A DNA stretch of 64,000 bases from Mycobacteriales bacterium (GCA_035545635.1 DASZXY010000011.1:133805-197804), one strand, 5' to 3'. Counted from the stretch's first letter, positions 41,814 through 51,894 are shown. Notes: generated by a model not told the origin, from the sequence alone. Made by a program: numbers and translations.

Positions 41814-42579
41814 TGCGGGGCGCCGCTTTCTTGAGGCCGGCTTTGAGGTCCTTGCCGAGCAGGCGGCCGACCCCGAGACGTGACGCGAGCTCCGCCTCGT
41901 CGAGCTCGCCGGACTTGCCTTCGTAGACGACGCGTCCACGCTGCAGGAGGACGGCATGATCCGCGAGGCGCAGCCCGAAGCGGATGTTCTGCTCGACGAG
42001 CAGCATCGTCACGCCGGTACGTCGTACCTCGACCAGCGTCTCGAGCAGCTCGTCGACAACGGCAGGCGCCAGTCCAGCCGACGGCTCGTCGATCAGCACG
42101 AGCGACGGGCTGCTGATCAGCGCTCGTGCGACCGCCAGCGCGGCCTGCTGGCCGCCCGACAACGTGCCCGCAAGCTGGCGACGCCGGTCGGCGAGCAGCG
42201 GGAACGTCGTGTAGGCCTGCTCGAGCCGCTGGTTCATCGACCGGCGCGCGGCACGAGACAGCGTGTAGCCGCCGACCCTCAGGTTCGCCTCCACCGACAG
42301 CGACCGGAACACCTGCCGACCCTGCGGCACGTGCGCCATCCCCGACGCGACCCGCTTCTCCGGAGACCACTTCGACACGTCGACGTCGCCGAGCACGACC
42401 GACCCACCCCGGAGCGGTACGACGCCGGCGATCGTCTTGAGCAGAACCGACTTTCCGGCACCGTTGAGCCCGAAGACCCCCGTCACCGATCCTGCGGGCA
42501 CCGAGAGATCGACTCCGTGCAGCACGGTCTGTGACCCGAAGCCCGCGACCACGCCACGCGCTGCGACCGTCGTACTCAC
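41800..42579 (-). CDS. Branched-chain amino acid ABC transporter ATP-binding protein (LivF-like)
   Basis: Walker A GLNGAGKS, signature LSGGQQ, Walker B LVLIDEPS. Confidence 0.85.
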   Translation of the reverse strand: MSTTVAARGVVAGFGSQTVLHGVDLSVPAGSVTGVFGLNGAGKSVLLKTIAGVVPLRGGSVVLGDVDVSKWSPEKRVASGMAHVPQGRQVFRSLSVEANLRVGGYTLSRAARRSMNQRLEQAYTTFPLLADRRRQLAGTLSGGQQAALAVARALISSPSLVLIDEPSAGLAPAVVDELLETLVEVRRTGVTMLLVEQNIRFGLRLADHAVLLQRGRVVYEGKSGELDEAELASRLGVGRLLGKDLKAGLKKAAPRTKRK

Positions 42580-44525
42580 GGGGTCACCTTCGAGTTGTCC
42601 GTGCCTGAGCTCGCCATAGCGCGCTGGGGCACGGACAAGTCCGCTTGGGCGCCGAAGTAGGCGTCGATCACGCGCTGGTCGCGCGCAATCTCGGCCGGCT
42701 CACCGGAGGCCACCACCACTCCTGCGTCGAGGACGTAGACCAGGTCGCAGCAGTCGAAGACGAGCGGGACGTTGTGCTCGATGATCAGCACCGTGCGGCC
42801 CAGCGAGTCGCGCAGGTCGCGCAGCCGGTCGGCGAGCCGCTCCGCCGCACCGGGCGACATGCCCGCCGACGGCTCGTCGAGCATCACGAGCTCCGGACCG
42901 GTCAATAACAGCGACGCCATCTCCACCAGCCGCTGTTGCCCGCCGGACAGGTTGCGCAGCGGCTTGTCTGCGTGATCGCCCAAACCGAGGGACTCGACCG
43001 CCGCACTCGCCCGCTCCCGCAGCTCGCTCTCCGTGCGGCCGACCTTCGGTGTCATCACGAGTGCCGCGGCGTCGCCGTACGTGCCGAGCTGATGCTGTGC
43101 GAGCAAGAGGTTGTCGAACACGGACATCTGCAATGCGAGCCCGACGTGCTGGAACCCGCGTGCGATCCCGAGCCGGGCGCGCTGGTCCGCGCGCAGCGAC
43201 TGGATCTCTTCACCGTCGTAGGTGATGACGCCCGACTCGCACCGCACGAGGCCCGACACCGCGTTGAACAGTGTCGACTTGCCCGCGCCGTTCGGCCCGA
43301 TCAGGCCGACGATCTTCCCGCGCGGTACGACGAGGGTCGCGTGGTCGACCGCCGTCAGTCCACCGAACCGCACGGTGACGTCGGACACCTTGAGGAGGTC
43401 GGCATGGCCGGACGTTCCGCGAGGCGGAACATCCGGCAACGCGAACGACGGCAACACAGGCTCGTCGTCGTTTGTGAAGGGTTGCGAGTAGCCCGCTACT
43501 GCTAACCCTTCACGAACTCGCTCCGCGCGACGCCGTGCCACGTCCTCACGGATTAGCGTCGGCAGCTCGCCGAGCCCGTCCGGGTTGCGCGTGACGGTGA
43601 TGAGGAGCAGCGCAGCACCGATCGCGTACTGGTAGCCCTGGACCGCGCCGATCGCCTCGGGCATCAGCGTGAACGCGAGCGCCGTCGTCACGACCGCGCG
43701 TCGGTGGCCCAACCCGCCGACGACCGCGATCGTGAGCAGCTGAAGGGACAGCAGCAGCGTGTAGGACTCGCTGCTCACCGAGTACTTCGCGTGGCCGTCC
43801 ATCGCGCCAGCGAGGCCCGCCATGGCGCCGGACACGACGAAGGCGAGCAGCTTGTAGCGCGTGACGTCGACCCCGTGCGCCGCGGCGACCGCCTCGTTCT
43901 CCTTCAGCGCGCGCATCGCACGACCGAGCCGGGTCCGTACGACGTTGTCGTCGACGACGCACACAAGGACCAGCAACACGAGACAGATCGCGAGATACAG
44001 GCCGGAGTCGACTTGGGAGTCGGTGAGCAGGTGCGATCCCCAGGTCCGCTTCGGCAGCGGGAAGCCCGCTGATCCGCCGCCACCCGACAGCCAGGTGCCG
44101 GGCAGCACCGAGTACTCCATCGCGATGCCGAACACCAGCGTCACGATCCCGAGGTACAGACCTCGCAGACGCAATGCAGGAAGCCCGATCACCAGTGCGG
44201 CGAGAGCACCGACTACGAGAGCGGTCGGCATCCCGATCCAGAACGGCAGCTCGTTGCGCGAGGTGATCACGCCGCTGGCGAACGCCCCTGCGCCGAGCAG
44301 GCCCGCGTGACCGAGCGACAGCTGCCCGGCGTACCCCAGCAGGTGGTTGACGCTCACGGCCGCGATCGCTGTCGCAACGGCCTCGGCGGCGAGCATCCAG
44401 TTCGCGCTGCTGATGAGCTTCGGCATCGCCGCTGCGGTCGCCAGCGGCAACGCGGCCGACAGCAGAAGAAGTACGCCGATGTTCTGCTTGCGGACGGTGC
44501 TGCGGGCATTCACAGCGCCGCTCAT
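42576..44525 (-). CDS. Fused LivM-like permease + LivG-like ATPase
   Basis: ATG 44525 overlaps the upstream stop (ATGA). The N-terminal half is multi-TM (GYAGQLSLGHAGLLGAGAF). The C-terminal half has GPNGAGKST, LSGGQQRLVEMA, LVMLDEPSAGM. The first 233 aa of the track ORF were rejected. Confidence 0.8.
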   Translation of the reverse strand: MSGAVNARSTVRKQNIGVLLLLSAALPLATAAAMPKLISSANWMLAAEAVATAIAAVSVNHLLGYAGQLSLGHAGLLGAGAFASGVITSRNELPFWIGMPTALVVGALAALVIGLPALRLRGLYLGIVTLVFGIAMEYSVLPGTWLSGGGGSAGFPLPKRTWGSHLLTDSQVDSGLYLAICLVLLVLVCVVDDNVVRTRLGRAMRALKENEAVAAAHGVDVTRYKLLAFVVSGAMAGLAGAMDGHAKYSVSSESYTLLLSLQLLTIAVVGGLGHRRAVVTTALAFTLMPEAIGAVQGYQYAIGAALLLITVTRNPDGLGELPTLIREDVARRRAERVREGLAVAGYSQPFTNDDEPVLPSFALPDVPPRGTSGHADLLKVSDVTVRFGGLTAVDHATLVVPRGKIVGLIGPNGAGKSTLFNAVSGLVRCESGVITYDGEEIQSLRADQRARLGIARGFQHVGLALQMSVFDNLLLAQHQLGTYGDAAALVMTPKVGRTESELRERASAAVESLGLGDHADKPLRNLSGGQQRLVEMASLLLTGPELVMLDEPSAGMSPGAAERLADRLRDLRDSLGRTVLIIEHNVPLVFDCCDLVYVLDAGVVVASGEPAEIARDQRVIDAYFGAQADLSVPQRAMASSGTDNSKVTP

Positions 44526-45391
44526 TCGCGCGATCCCAGCAAGCCCTGCGGCCGGACGAGCAGGACGCCGAGGACGATGACCAGCATCGCCAGGTTCTCG
44601 GGTCCGGGCACCTGGTTGTACTGCACGAAGTGCGCGACCACTTCGGCCTGCAGGAGCCCGACCAGCAGCCCGCCTGCGAACGCGCCCGGCAGGCTGGTCA
44701 ACCCGCCGATCAGCGCGGCGGTGAGGCCGTAGATGAACAGCGTCGAGAACGACGCCGGTGAGAGCACGCCGACGGTCGGCTCGATCAGCAGGCAGGCGAT
44801 CACGGACAGGCCACCCGCGATTGCCCACGTCACCGCGCTGACCCGCGCACGCGGCACACCCATCAGCTGCGCGGCGACCGGGTCGTCGGCCGAGGCGAGG
44901 ATCGCCAGCCCGAACCGCGTGCCGCGAAGGAACAGCGCCAGTACGGCGGCGATGACCGCGACCACGATGACAGCGAGCACCTGCGTCGGGCTGATGAGCA
45001 CGCCGGCGATCGTGATGCCGCCGTGAGTCAGCGGCGGCGGGAAGATCTTCGCGGAGCCCGCGAACCAGCGCGCTTCGAGCCCGGTGAGCAGTCCGAGCAG
45101 GCCGATCGTCGCAACCGTCTTCGTGATCTGCGACGCCGTCACCAGCGCCCGCATGACGAACCGCTCGAAGACCAGCGCGATGGCGACGCCGACGGCGAGT
45201 GCCGCGAGTGCGCCCAGCCACCACGGCTGGCCGTGCTTACCGCTGATCCACCACGTCATGTAGATCGCGAGAGTGCCGATCTCGGCCTGCGCGAAGTTCA
45301 CCGCGCGCGTTGCCTTGTAGACGAGGGTGATGCCCGCGGCGAGGAGGGCGTAGATGGTGCCGGCGATCAGCCCGACGACGATCGTCTGCAT
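44522..45391 (-). CDS. LivH-like branched-chain amino acid ABC permease
   Basis: MQTIVVGLIAGTIYALLAAGITLVYKATRAVNFAQAEIG is the canonical LivH N-terminus. Start moved to ATG 45391. Confidence 0.8.
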   Translation of the reverse strand: MQTIVVGLIAGTIYALLAAGITLVYKATRAVNFAQAEIGTLAIYMTWWISGKHGQPWWLGALAALAVGVAIALVFERFVMRALVTASQITKTVATIGLLGLLTGLEARWFAGSAKIFPPPLTHGGITIAGVLISPTQVLAVIVVAVIAAVLALFLRGTRFGLAILASADDPVAAQLMGVPRARVSAVTWAIAGGLSVIACLLIEPTVGVLSPASFSTLFIYGLTAALIGGLTSLPGAFAGGLLVGLLQAEVVAHFVQYNQVPGPENLAMLVIVLGVLLVRPQGLLGSRE

Positions 45392-45554
45392 CAGGAGGCG
45401 ACCGAACAGTGCTGTCCGTCGCGAGCGGCGCCCCGGGCGGCGGATGGCGAGGCGGAGGAGGAGTCGCGTAGCGGCGCTACGCGCGACGACGACAACGAAG
45501 CCAGTCGTCGTTCCGGGCGTCGCGCAGCAGGACAATGCACTGTTCGGTGGTCTC

Positions 45555-48062
45555 CTAGTACGACGTGACGCAGCGCCGGACCGGTGCCCAGTTGGGCCGG
45601 TTGTGCGGGTCGCGGATCACCTTGAAGATGTTCACCGTCGCACCGCCGTGGTGGTGGTCACCGGTGTCGAAGTTGATCGGGCAGGCGGGCGGCGTGGTGT
45701 AGGAGAAGCCGGCCAGCAGCATCCCGGCCAGCCGGTTGCGGGTGCAATCCGGTCCGCACTTCTGCAACAGGTAGGACAGGAATGCCTGGCCCTCCCAGTT
45801 GAGATACAGCAGGTCGCCGCCGTCGCCGGACAGGTGCGCGTTCGGGTCGTACTGCTGGTACTGCTTCTCGAACTCCGTCATCTGCGCGGCGTACGGCTTG
45901 AAGGTGCCGCCGTGGTCGAACGGGTCGTAGGCGTCCCACGTCGCAACCCCCCACAGCGGTTGCGAGAACGCGGACTGGCCGAGGGTGTTCGTCTCGAGGT
46001 TGAACGGGAACACGAGCCAGTCCGGGTGCCAGCCTAGTGACTGCGACTGCTTGAGCATCTCGACAGTCGCGAGGGCGTTCTCCCAGGCGAACACAACCTG
46101 CGCGCCCTTCGAACGCAGCTGCACGAGGTCCTGCACGTAGTTGGCTTGGTTGTTCTGCACTGGCAGCGCCGCGACGATCTGCCCGCCGCCGGCCTTCACA
46201 ACCTGCGCGAACGCGGAGCTGCCCGGTTCCCAGTTCGGGCTCTGCCGGTAGAGGATGCCGACCTTCTTGCCCTTGAACTGCCGGAGGTCGAGCTCCCCGA
46301 ACATTCGACCGAGCTGCTCGACGCTAGGCAGCGCGGTGAAGCTGTACTTCAGTCCTTGCGATCCTTTGAGGACCGCGTCGTGGTACAGGTACAGCTCCTT
46401 GTTCTGCTCCGCCCATTGCCGTACTGCGGGGATCTGGTCGAAACCGATGCCGCCGATCAGCAGGAACGGGTTGGAGTCCTTGCACTTCTGCGCGGCCTGC
46501 ACCGCCTGCGCCGGGTCGTAGTTGTCGTTCTGATAGCTCATCGCGACCTTGCGGCCGTAGATCCCGCCGTGGTCGTTGAGCCACTCCCAGTAGACGTTGA
46601 GGTCCTTCGCCCCGATGTTGAACGCCGGCCCGTACGTCGTCGCCGCGTGCGCGCACAACGTGATCGACTTGTCGGTGATGCCGATCCGGTCGGCCGCGCC
46701 CTTGTAGAGATCGGCGGTCGGCACGCCGCCGTCTGCGGGGAAGAACACCCGCGTCCCGGAGATCGTGCGCCAGTGACCCTTGCCGGTGAACTCCGACTTG
46801 GTCGGGTTCGTCGTCGGCAGCGCCACCCCACCGTCGTGACCGGCTGGCGCGGTTGCACTACCGCCCGGGTGTACGCCGTCGCCGGCGGCATCCGTCGGCC
46901 CGCCCGCAATCGGTTGCTGGGTGGCCTGACCGCCGTCACTCGGCGCCACGCCAGGCACAGCGCCATCCGTGTAGGACCGCGGCATCGCGTTGTCGTTGTC
47001 GTTGTTCGCGACGGCGTAGCCGGTGAAGACGAGACCCCACGCAATCGCTGCAGACGCGACGCCGTAGGCACGGGGGTGGGTGCGGATCGTCGCGACGAAC
47101 GTCGGGACCTGCCGCTGCAGCTCCTGCCCGATGAAGGTGCGGTAGGCGAGCCCGATCGCACCGATGGCAATCAGGAAGCAGAGCGCTAACACCCATGGCC
47201 ATGCATCGAGCACCTTGTGGTCCTCGTTGGATGCCGCGGCGAGTCGCGTTTGCGGACCTGCGATGACGGGTGGCGATGTGGTGTACGACGGGGCCGACTC
47301 CGCAGGGGGCTGCGACTTGATCGTGGTCGTCCCGTCGAAGTGCACCACGGCACCGTTCGACGAGGCCGGCGCTTCTCGCGCCGGCTTGTGCGTGACTGCC
47401 GGCTCGCCGAGGACGGGCAGCGAGCGCGCGACCGTCGCAGCCATGTCGTGGATGCCGAACGCCGCGCTCCACGTGGCGAGAGGCGTCGAAGCGATGGGAA
47501 CCAGTGCGACGCCCGAGTCATGGTGCTGCAGGTACTGCAACAGCGGATGCAGCGGGAACATCCACGATGCGCCGGCGTCGATCTTCTTTCCGACGGAGCT
47601 GCCCTTCGCGCAGTCGTATGGCGGTGCGTTCGAAGCCGTCAGTGGCGCCGGCACCGGCGCGGTCGTGACGCACGCTTCGACGATCGGGATCGCGACGGTG
47701 AGGTTCGCGCCGCCGATCGGCGATCCGATGACGGCCGGTGCGGTGAGGCGAAGCGTCGAGAGCTTCGAGTGGGCGGGCAGGTGCGTCGTGTCGACGCGGA
47801 GGTAGCCGCGGGAAAGCTCCTGCCCACCCGCCATGGCGACGTGGATCGCCTTGGTGTCCCCTTGGTAGGGGTCGATCGGCGTGACCGCGACGTAACCGGC
47901 GCGGTCGACGTGCAGCTCCGCCCGCTTTGCGACCTGATGGGACGCGGCCACCGCAGGGTGCGCAACGGCGGCGCCCACCTGGACGGCCGCGGCCGGCGTC
48001 GCGAACGCGGCGGCGCTCAGGACACCCGCGACTGCGAAGGCACGCAATGCCCGACCAGCCAC
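45555..48062 (-). CDS. Large extracytoplasmic protein: signal peptide + unknown about 300-aa domain + two TM helices + LivK-type substrate-binding domain
   Basis: GTG 48062 is preceded by GGAGGG. Signal peptide VAGRALRAFAVAGVLSAAAFATPAAA. TM helices WPWVLALCFLIAIGAIGLAY and YGVASAAIAWGLVFTGYAVA. The C-terminal roughly 400 aa have a type-I periplasmic-binding fold pattern. There is one uninterrupted frame. Confidence 0.65.
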   Translation of the reverse strand: MAGRALRAFAVAGVLSAAAFATPAAAVQVGAAVAHPAVAASHQVAKRAELHVDRAGYVAVTPIDPYQGDTKAIHVAMAGGQELSRGYLRVDTTHLPAHSKLSTLRLTAPAVIGSPIGGANLTVAIPIVEACVTTAPVPAPLTASNAPPYDCAKGSSVGKKIDAGASWMFPLHPLLQYLQHHDSGVALVPIASTPLATWSAAFGIHDMAATVARSLPVLGEPAVTHKPAREAPASSNGAVVHFDGTTTIKSQPPAESAPSYTTSPPVIAGPQTRLAAASNEDHKVLDAWPWVLALCFLIAIGAIGLAYRTFIGQELQRQVPTFVATIRTHPRAYGVASAAIAWGLVFTGYAVANNDNDNAMPRSYTDGAVPGVAPSDGGQATQQPIAGGPTDAAGDGVHPGGSATAPAGHDGGVALPTTNPTKSEFTGKGHWRTISGTRVFFPADGGVPTADLYKGAADRIGITDKSITLCAHAATTYGPAFNIGAKDLNVYWEWLNDHGGIYGRKVAMSYQNDNYDPAQAVQAAQKCKDSNPFLLIGGIGFDQIPAVRQWAEQNKELYLYHDAVLKGSQGLKYSFTALPSVEQLGRMFGELDLRQFKGKKVGILYRQSPNWEPGSSAFAQVVKAGGGQIVAALPVQNNQANYVQDLVQLRSKGAQVVFAWENALATVEMLKQSQSLGWHPDWLVFPFNLETNTLGQSAFSQPLWGVATWDAYDPFDHGGTFKPYAAQMTEFEKQYQQYDPNAHLSGDGGDLLYLNWEGQAFLSYLLQKCGPDCTRNRLAGMLLAGFSYTTPPACPINFDTGDHHHGGATVNIFKVIRDPHNRPNWAPVRRCVTSY

Positions 48063-48097
48063 TCGCCCTCCACTGAACAGTGCCGATACTGACGGTG

Positions 48098-48113
48098 CCG
48101 AACGATCGTTCGG
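48098..48113. promoter_or_regulatory. Perfect 16-bp palindrome, candidate TetR operator 1
   Basis: ccgaacgatcgttcgg, in the divergent intergenic region between the SBP-fusion gene and the TetR gene. Confidence 0.6.
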
Positions 48114-48149
48114 TGCATCTTGACGAAACTCCTGCGTGATGGCAAGACT

Positions 48150-48169
48150 TTCCGAACGAGCGTTCGGAA
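48150..48169. promoter_or_regulatory. 20-bp palindrome with the same half-site, candidate TetR operator 2
   Basis: ttccgaacgagcgttcggaa. It shares the CCGAACG/CGTTCGG half-sites with operator 1 and is centred 54 bp from it. Confidence 0.6.
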
Positions 48170-48182
48170 GATCGGCCTGGGA

Positions 48183-48827
48183 GTGAGCGTGGACGTCGAA
48201 CCGCAGGAGGCGGGCAGCGAGCTGTTGCCGCCGACTGCGACGAGCGACGGCACGTTGCGCCGGCTTCAGGAGGTCGCCCTCACCTGCTTCGGCGAGCGCG
48301 GCTACCACGGGGTCTCGATCCGTGACCTCGCCAAAGCCGCCGGCATCCAGCCGAGCTCGATCTACGCGCACGTCCGGTCCAAGGAAGCCCTGCTGTTCGG
48401 CATCTCGATGCTCGGTCATGAGACGCAGCGCGACAACGCCGACGCCGCGGTGCTCGCAGCCGGTCCCGAGCCGGCCGACCAGCTGCGCGCCTACGTGCGA
48501 GCACACGTGCACATGCACGCGACGTACCGGATGCTCGCGCGCGTCTGCAACCGCGAGCTCGGGGCGCTGTCGCCGGAACACGAGGCGGAAGTGCGCAACG
48601 TTCGCGACTCTTCGGTGCGCCTGCTGCAGAGCGTGCTCGCTCGCGGTGAGCGGCTCGGCGTATTCGAGATCGCCGACCCGTTCCTCGTGGCGGCGGCGAT
48701 CGGTGCGATGGGAATTCGCGTCGCCGAGTGGTGGGAGCCGGGCGGCGACCACGGTGCTCATCAACACAGCGCGGACCAAGTGGCGGACGTGTACGCCGAC
48801 CTGGCCTTGAAGCTCGTTGCCAAGTAG
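48183..48827 (+). CDS. TetR/AcrR family transcriptional regulator
   Basis: HTH region LRRLQEVALTCFGERGYHGVSIRDLAKAAGIQPSSIYAHVRSKEALL. The start is set to GTG 48183 so that both palindromes stay intergenic (the track ORF starts at TTG 48120). Confidence 0.8.
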   Translation: MSVDVEPQEAGSELLPPTATSDGTLRRLQEVALTCFGERGYHGVSIRDLAKAAGIQPSSIYAHVRSKEALLFGISMLGHETQRDNADAAVLAAGPEPADQLRAYVRAHVHMHATYRMLARVCNRELGALSPEHEAEVRNVRDSSVRLLQSVLARGERLGVFEIADPFLVAAAIGAMGIRVAEWWEPGGDHGAHQHSADQVADVYADLALKLVAK

Positions 48828-48837
48828 GGAGACGCAG

Positions 48838-49725
48838 GTGCTGAAGTCCGAGCCAGTCGACGTGGCGCTCGCCGGGGGGATGCTGCGTGTGCTCGTGCAC
48901 CGCCCGGAGGCCGAGCCGACGCTTCCGCCGGTGCTCGGGCTGCACGGCGTCACGGCGTCCGCGATGTCGCTGCAACCGGTTGCGCGCGCGCTCGTGTCCG
49001 AGACGTTGATCGCTGCGCCCGACCTCCGCGGCCGCGGCGCGAGTGGTCAGCTGCCTGCGCCGTACGGGATGGAAGTGCACGCTGACGACTGCGCGGCCGT
49101 GGTCCGCGCGCTCGGCCTTGACCCGGTGATCGTCGTCGGCGAGTCGATGGGCGCGTACGTCGGAGTGACATTCGCCGCGAAGTATCCGGAGCTCGTGAAG
49201 TCGTTCGTCATGGTGGATGGCGGCATCCCGCTGCCGCTGCCCGAAGGAATCCCCACCGACGTGCTGCTCAACGCCGCGCTGGGTCCAGCGGTGGAGCGGC
49301 TCGGCCTGACGTTTCCCTCGGTCGACGCGTACTTCGACTACTGGCGCGTGCATCCCGCGGTCGGCGAATGCTGGAGCGAGGACGTCGAGGACTACTTGCG
49401 TTATGACCTAGGTGGTGAGGAGCCGGAGCTGCGGTCACGCGTCTCGCTCGAAGCAGTCAAGGGCGACCACACGGACATGCTCACCAACCCCGCGGTCATC
49501 GCGGATTCGTTGGCAACGTTGAAGTGTCCGATGCGGTTGATCCGTGCAACCCGGGGACTTCTCAACCAGCCAGAACCGTTGCTACCCGATGCGCTCGTCG
49601 ACCCGTGGCGGGAGAAGCTGCCGCAGCTCGAAGTCGAGACGGTCGACGACACCAACCACTACTCGGTGATGTTCGGCGACCGTGGGGTCGAGCGGATCGC
49701 GAAAGCAGTGCGCGACCTGGCTTAG
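48838..49725 (+). CDS. Alpha/beta hydrolase
   Basis: VLGLHGVTAS and nucleophile elbow VVGESMGA. GTG 48838 is preceded by GGAG just after the TetR stop. Confidence 0.75.
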   Translation: MLKSEPVDVALAGGMLRVLVHRPEAEPTLPPVLGLHGVTASAMSLQPVARALVSETLIAAPDLRGRGASGQLPAPYGMEVHADDCAAVVRALGLDPVIVVGESMGAYVGVTFAAKYPELVKSFVMVDGGIPLPLPEGIPTDVLLNAALGPAVERLGLTFPSVDAYFDYWRVHPAVGECWSEDVEDYLRYDLGGEEPELRSRVSLEAVKGDHTDMLTNPAVIADSLATLKCPMRLIRATRGLLNQPEPLLPDALVDPWREKLPQLEVETVDDTNHYSVMFGDRGVERIAKAVRDLA

Positions 49726-50699
49726 CGGTGTGCGTGCACCTTGTACTTCGTTGGCGCATCGATCCGGTTCATCTCCGCGCACATCGTCTTGATCAACGTC
49801 TTGCCCTGCTCGATCAGCTGCTCGCCGTTGCCCGCGAGGGTGGAGAACTCCGGCACGAGCGAGTAGCTCGGCGTCGGTGCACCCAGCACCCGACCGGCTG
49901 CGATCGCGATCAGCGTCTTGGGGTGCGACATCAGTCGCAGCGTGCCGAGAGTCGGCGGCTGGATCTGCTGCACGCCGCCCTTGACGCGGTTGCTCGTAGC
50001 GCTCGGTGCCGCAGTGATGACGTAGCCGCCGAGGTCGAGCGTGTTCGCAATGTCGAGGCGCACGACCGCGTTGTGCTGCGTGATCCGCTCGCCAGGCACG
50101 AGCTCGACGTACGTCGACTCACGGACGTTGCGGGTGCGCGGCGTGACGTACCAGACCTTGTCGCACGCCCAGTCGAGCGCGTCCGCGAGGCAGACCAGCT
50201 CTTCGCCGAAGCGCTTGCCGCGCCCGCTGATGCCGTGGCTGATGACGATGCCCATCTTCGGCTCGTAGCCGAGCCGCGTCAGCACGATGTAGGCCATCGC
50301 GTGGAGCAAGCCGATGTCGAGAAGTGGACCGTGGGGCACCGCGTTGATGACGTTGCCGCCGGACTGCAGGTGCCGACCGAGCCGGTGGAACGACGCGACG
50401 GTGTGCTCATCGCTGAGCACCGTCTCGACCATCGCCTCGAACCGGGGGTCGATGATGCACGCCATTCCCTGCACGAAGTCGGCGCCTTTCGCGGCGCCGG
50501 TGGAGAAATATGCGTCCTGTGCCGCGTAGAGGTCGGGATCGACCTTCAGGCCCTCGACGTCGCCGTCGTCGTGCTGGGCGGAGAGCTGGATCGACGCCTC
50601 GATGCGTGCCAGGTCCGGGTAGTCCATCGGATAGGCGTAGCGCCGCCCGTTGCGATCGGCCTCCAGCAGATCGATGCCGGCGATCGTCCGCATCTCCAT
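49722..50699 (-). CDS. Hypothetical protein, possibly acyltransferase-like (HX4D)
   Basis: 325 aa. NAVPHGPLLD fits the H-x4-D motif of PlsC-type acyltransferases, but the rest is not recognised. Confidence 0.5.
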   Translation of the reverse strand: MEMRTIAGIDLLEADRNGRRYAYPMDYPDLARIEASIQLSAQHDDGDVEGLKVDPDLYAAQDAYFSTGAAKGADFVQGMACIIDPRFEAMVETVLSDEHTVASFHRLGRHLQSGGNVINAVPHGPLLDIGLLHAMAYIVLTRLGYEPKMGIVISHGISGRGKRFGEELVCLADALDWACDKVWYVTPRTRNVRESTYVELVPGERITQHNAVVRLDIANTLDLGGYVITAAPSATSNRVKGGVQQIQPPTLGTLRLMSHPKTLIAIAAGRVLGAPTPSYSLVPEFSTLAGNGEQLIEQGKTLIKTMCAEMNRIDAPTKYKVHAHR

Positions 50700-50855
50700 C
50701 GGGTGAGCCTACGGCCCACGCTCTTGCTACTGGTGAGTACAGAGCTTCGGCTGCGCAAATCCTGCCGCGAGCGGAGCGACAAAAGCGTGACGCAGGGGCG
50801 GCAGCGGTCCGCCCCCGCGTCACACGTCTCTATAACGTTGCGCGGCCGATATCGG

Positions 50856-51707
50856 TTACGCCGCCGCGGCCGTCACCTTGTGACCACCGGCGCCGTACGT
50901 CAGCGCCTGCTTCCACGTGTAGACGAAGGAGAAGGCCGACTTGGTGCTGCCGACGAAGATCTGGGCCAGTGAGGACCCGACGGCGTCGGTCGTGCCCACG
51001 CCCGCCATCAGCGTCGGCATCGAGGAGTACGTGTCGAGGATCACGTGGCGGTGGCCCCAGCAGCCGGGCGAGGTCGGCGTCTTGCAGTCGAGGTTGATGC
51101 TGCCGTCCGGCGAGTAGCCGTCGTTGTACATCCAGTCGAAGTCACTCGCCAGCGGGCCGAAGTCGCCGGCCCAGATCGAGCCGTACTCACGGACTCCGAG
51201 CAGTCCCATGACTGCGCTGATCAGAGTCGGGTCGGTGTTGTTGATGGCGGCATGACGCGCGTTGCTGTTGAGCCGCTTGGTCAGACCCGCGATCGGGCGA
51301 AGGCCGCGGTCGACGCGCTCGAGGTTCGTGATGACGAAGGTCTGCCGAGGGATCGACATGTGGGTGAAGTTGACCGGTAGCACCATCGGCCGGACACCTT
51401 CTGCGGCGCGAGCGTTGTTGATCGCGTCGAGGGCGCGGGACATGCACGGCTTGCTGTTCGGGCCGTGGACCGCGCAGAAGTCGATGTAGTTCGGCGAGGC
51501 GACGACGTTGCGTCGCGGGTCGCGCAGCTTCGCGGCGCTGTGGTGGACCGCACTCACCGCGACCGCCTTGGTCTGCGGGCGAGCAACGGCTTTCGCCGAC
51601 TCAGGGGTGCCCAGGACTGTCACGAGCGCCGCGAGGATCAGCAAGACGCCGGTGAGTTTCAGGGCACGAACGTGGGACCCCCCGTGTGATGAAAGCTGCT
51701 GGGTCAT
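50856..51707 (-). CDS. Secreted hypothetical protein
   Basis: ATG 51707 gives MTQQLSSHGGSHVRALKLTGVLLILAALVTVLGTPESAKA (signal/anchor). Several Cys pairs. The region upstream of 51707 is lower-GC intergenic-looking sequence. Confidence 0.6.
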   Translation of the reverse strand: MTQQLSSHGGSHVRALKLTGVLLILAALVTVLGTPESAKAVARPQTKAVAVSAVHHSAAKLRDPRRNVVASPNYIDFCAVHGPNSKPCMSRALDAINNARAAEGVRPMVLPVNFTHMSIPRQTFVITNLERVDRGLRPIAGLTKRLNSNARHAAINNTDPTLISAVMGLLGVREYGSIWAGDFGPLASDFDWMYNDGYSPDGSINLDCKTPTSPGCWGHRHVILDTYSSMPTLMAGVGTTDAVGSSLAQIFVGSTKSAFSFVYTWKQALTYGAGGHKVTAAAA

Positions 51708-51894
51708 GATGTCCGCCGATTTTTCTGGGAGTGACTTTGTGGGCCGAAAATCGTTGAAAACGCTTGCCATATAGAGATCGGAATTCCGCAAACCCGGTTT
51801 TGAGTGGCAAACGAGCGACACCATCTCGGCCCAAATCAGAAACATTCGGACAGGTCCTAGGACGAACGTCCCAGAGAGGTCTAGGTTTCGCGAG

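Noticed and set aside
48063-48953. N-terminal 297-aa extension of the 1132-aa ORF 45555..48953
   Set aside because: It would run antisense through the TetR gene and its operator region. A GTG with a strong Shine-Dalgarno and a signal peptide at 48062 gives a coherent protein.
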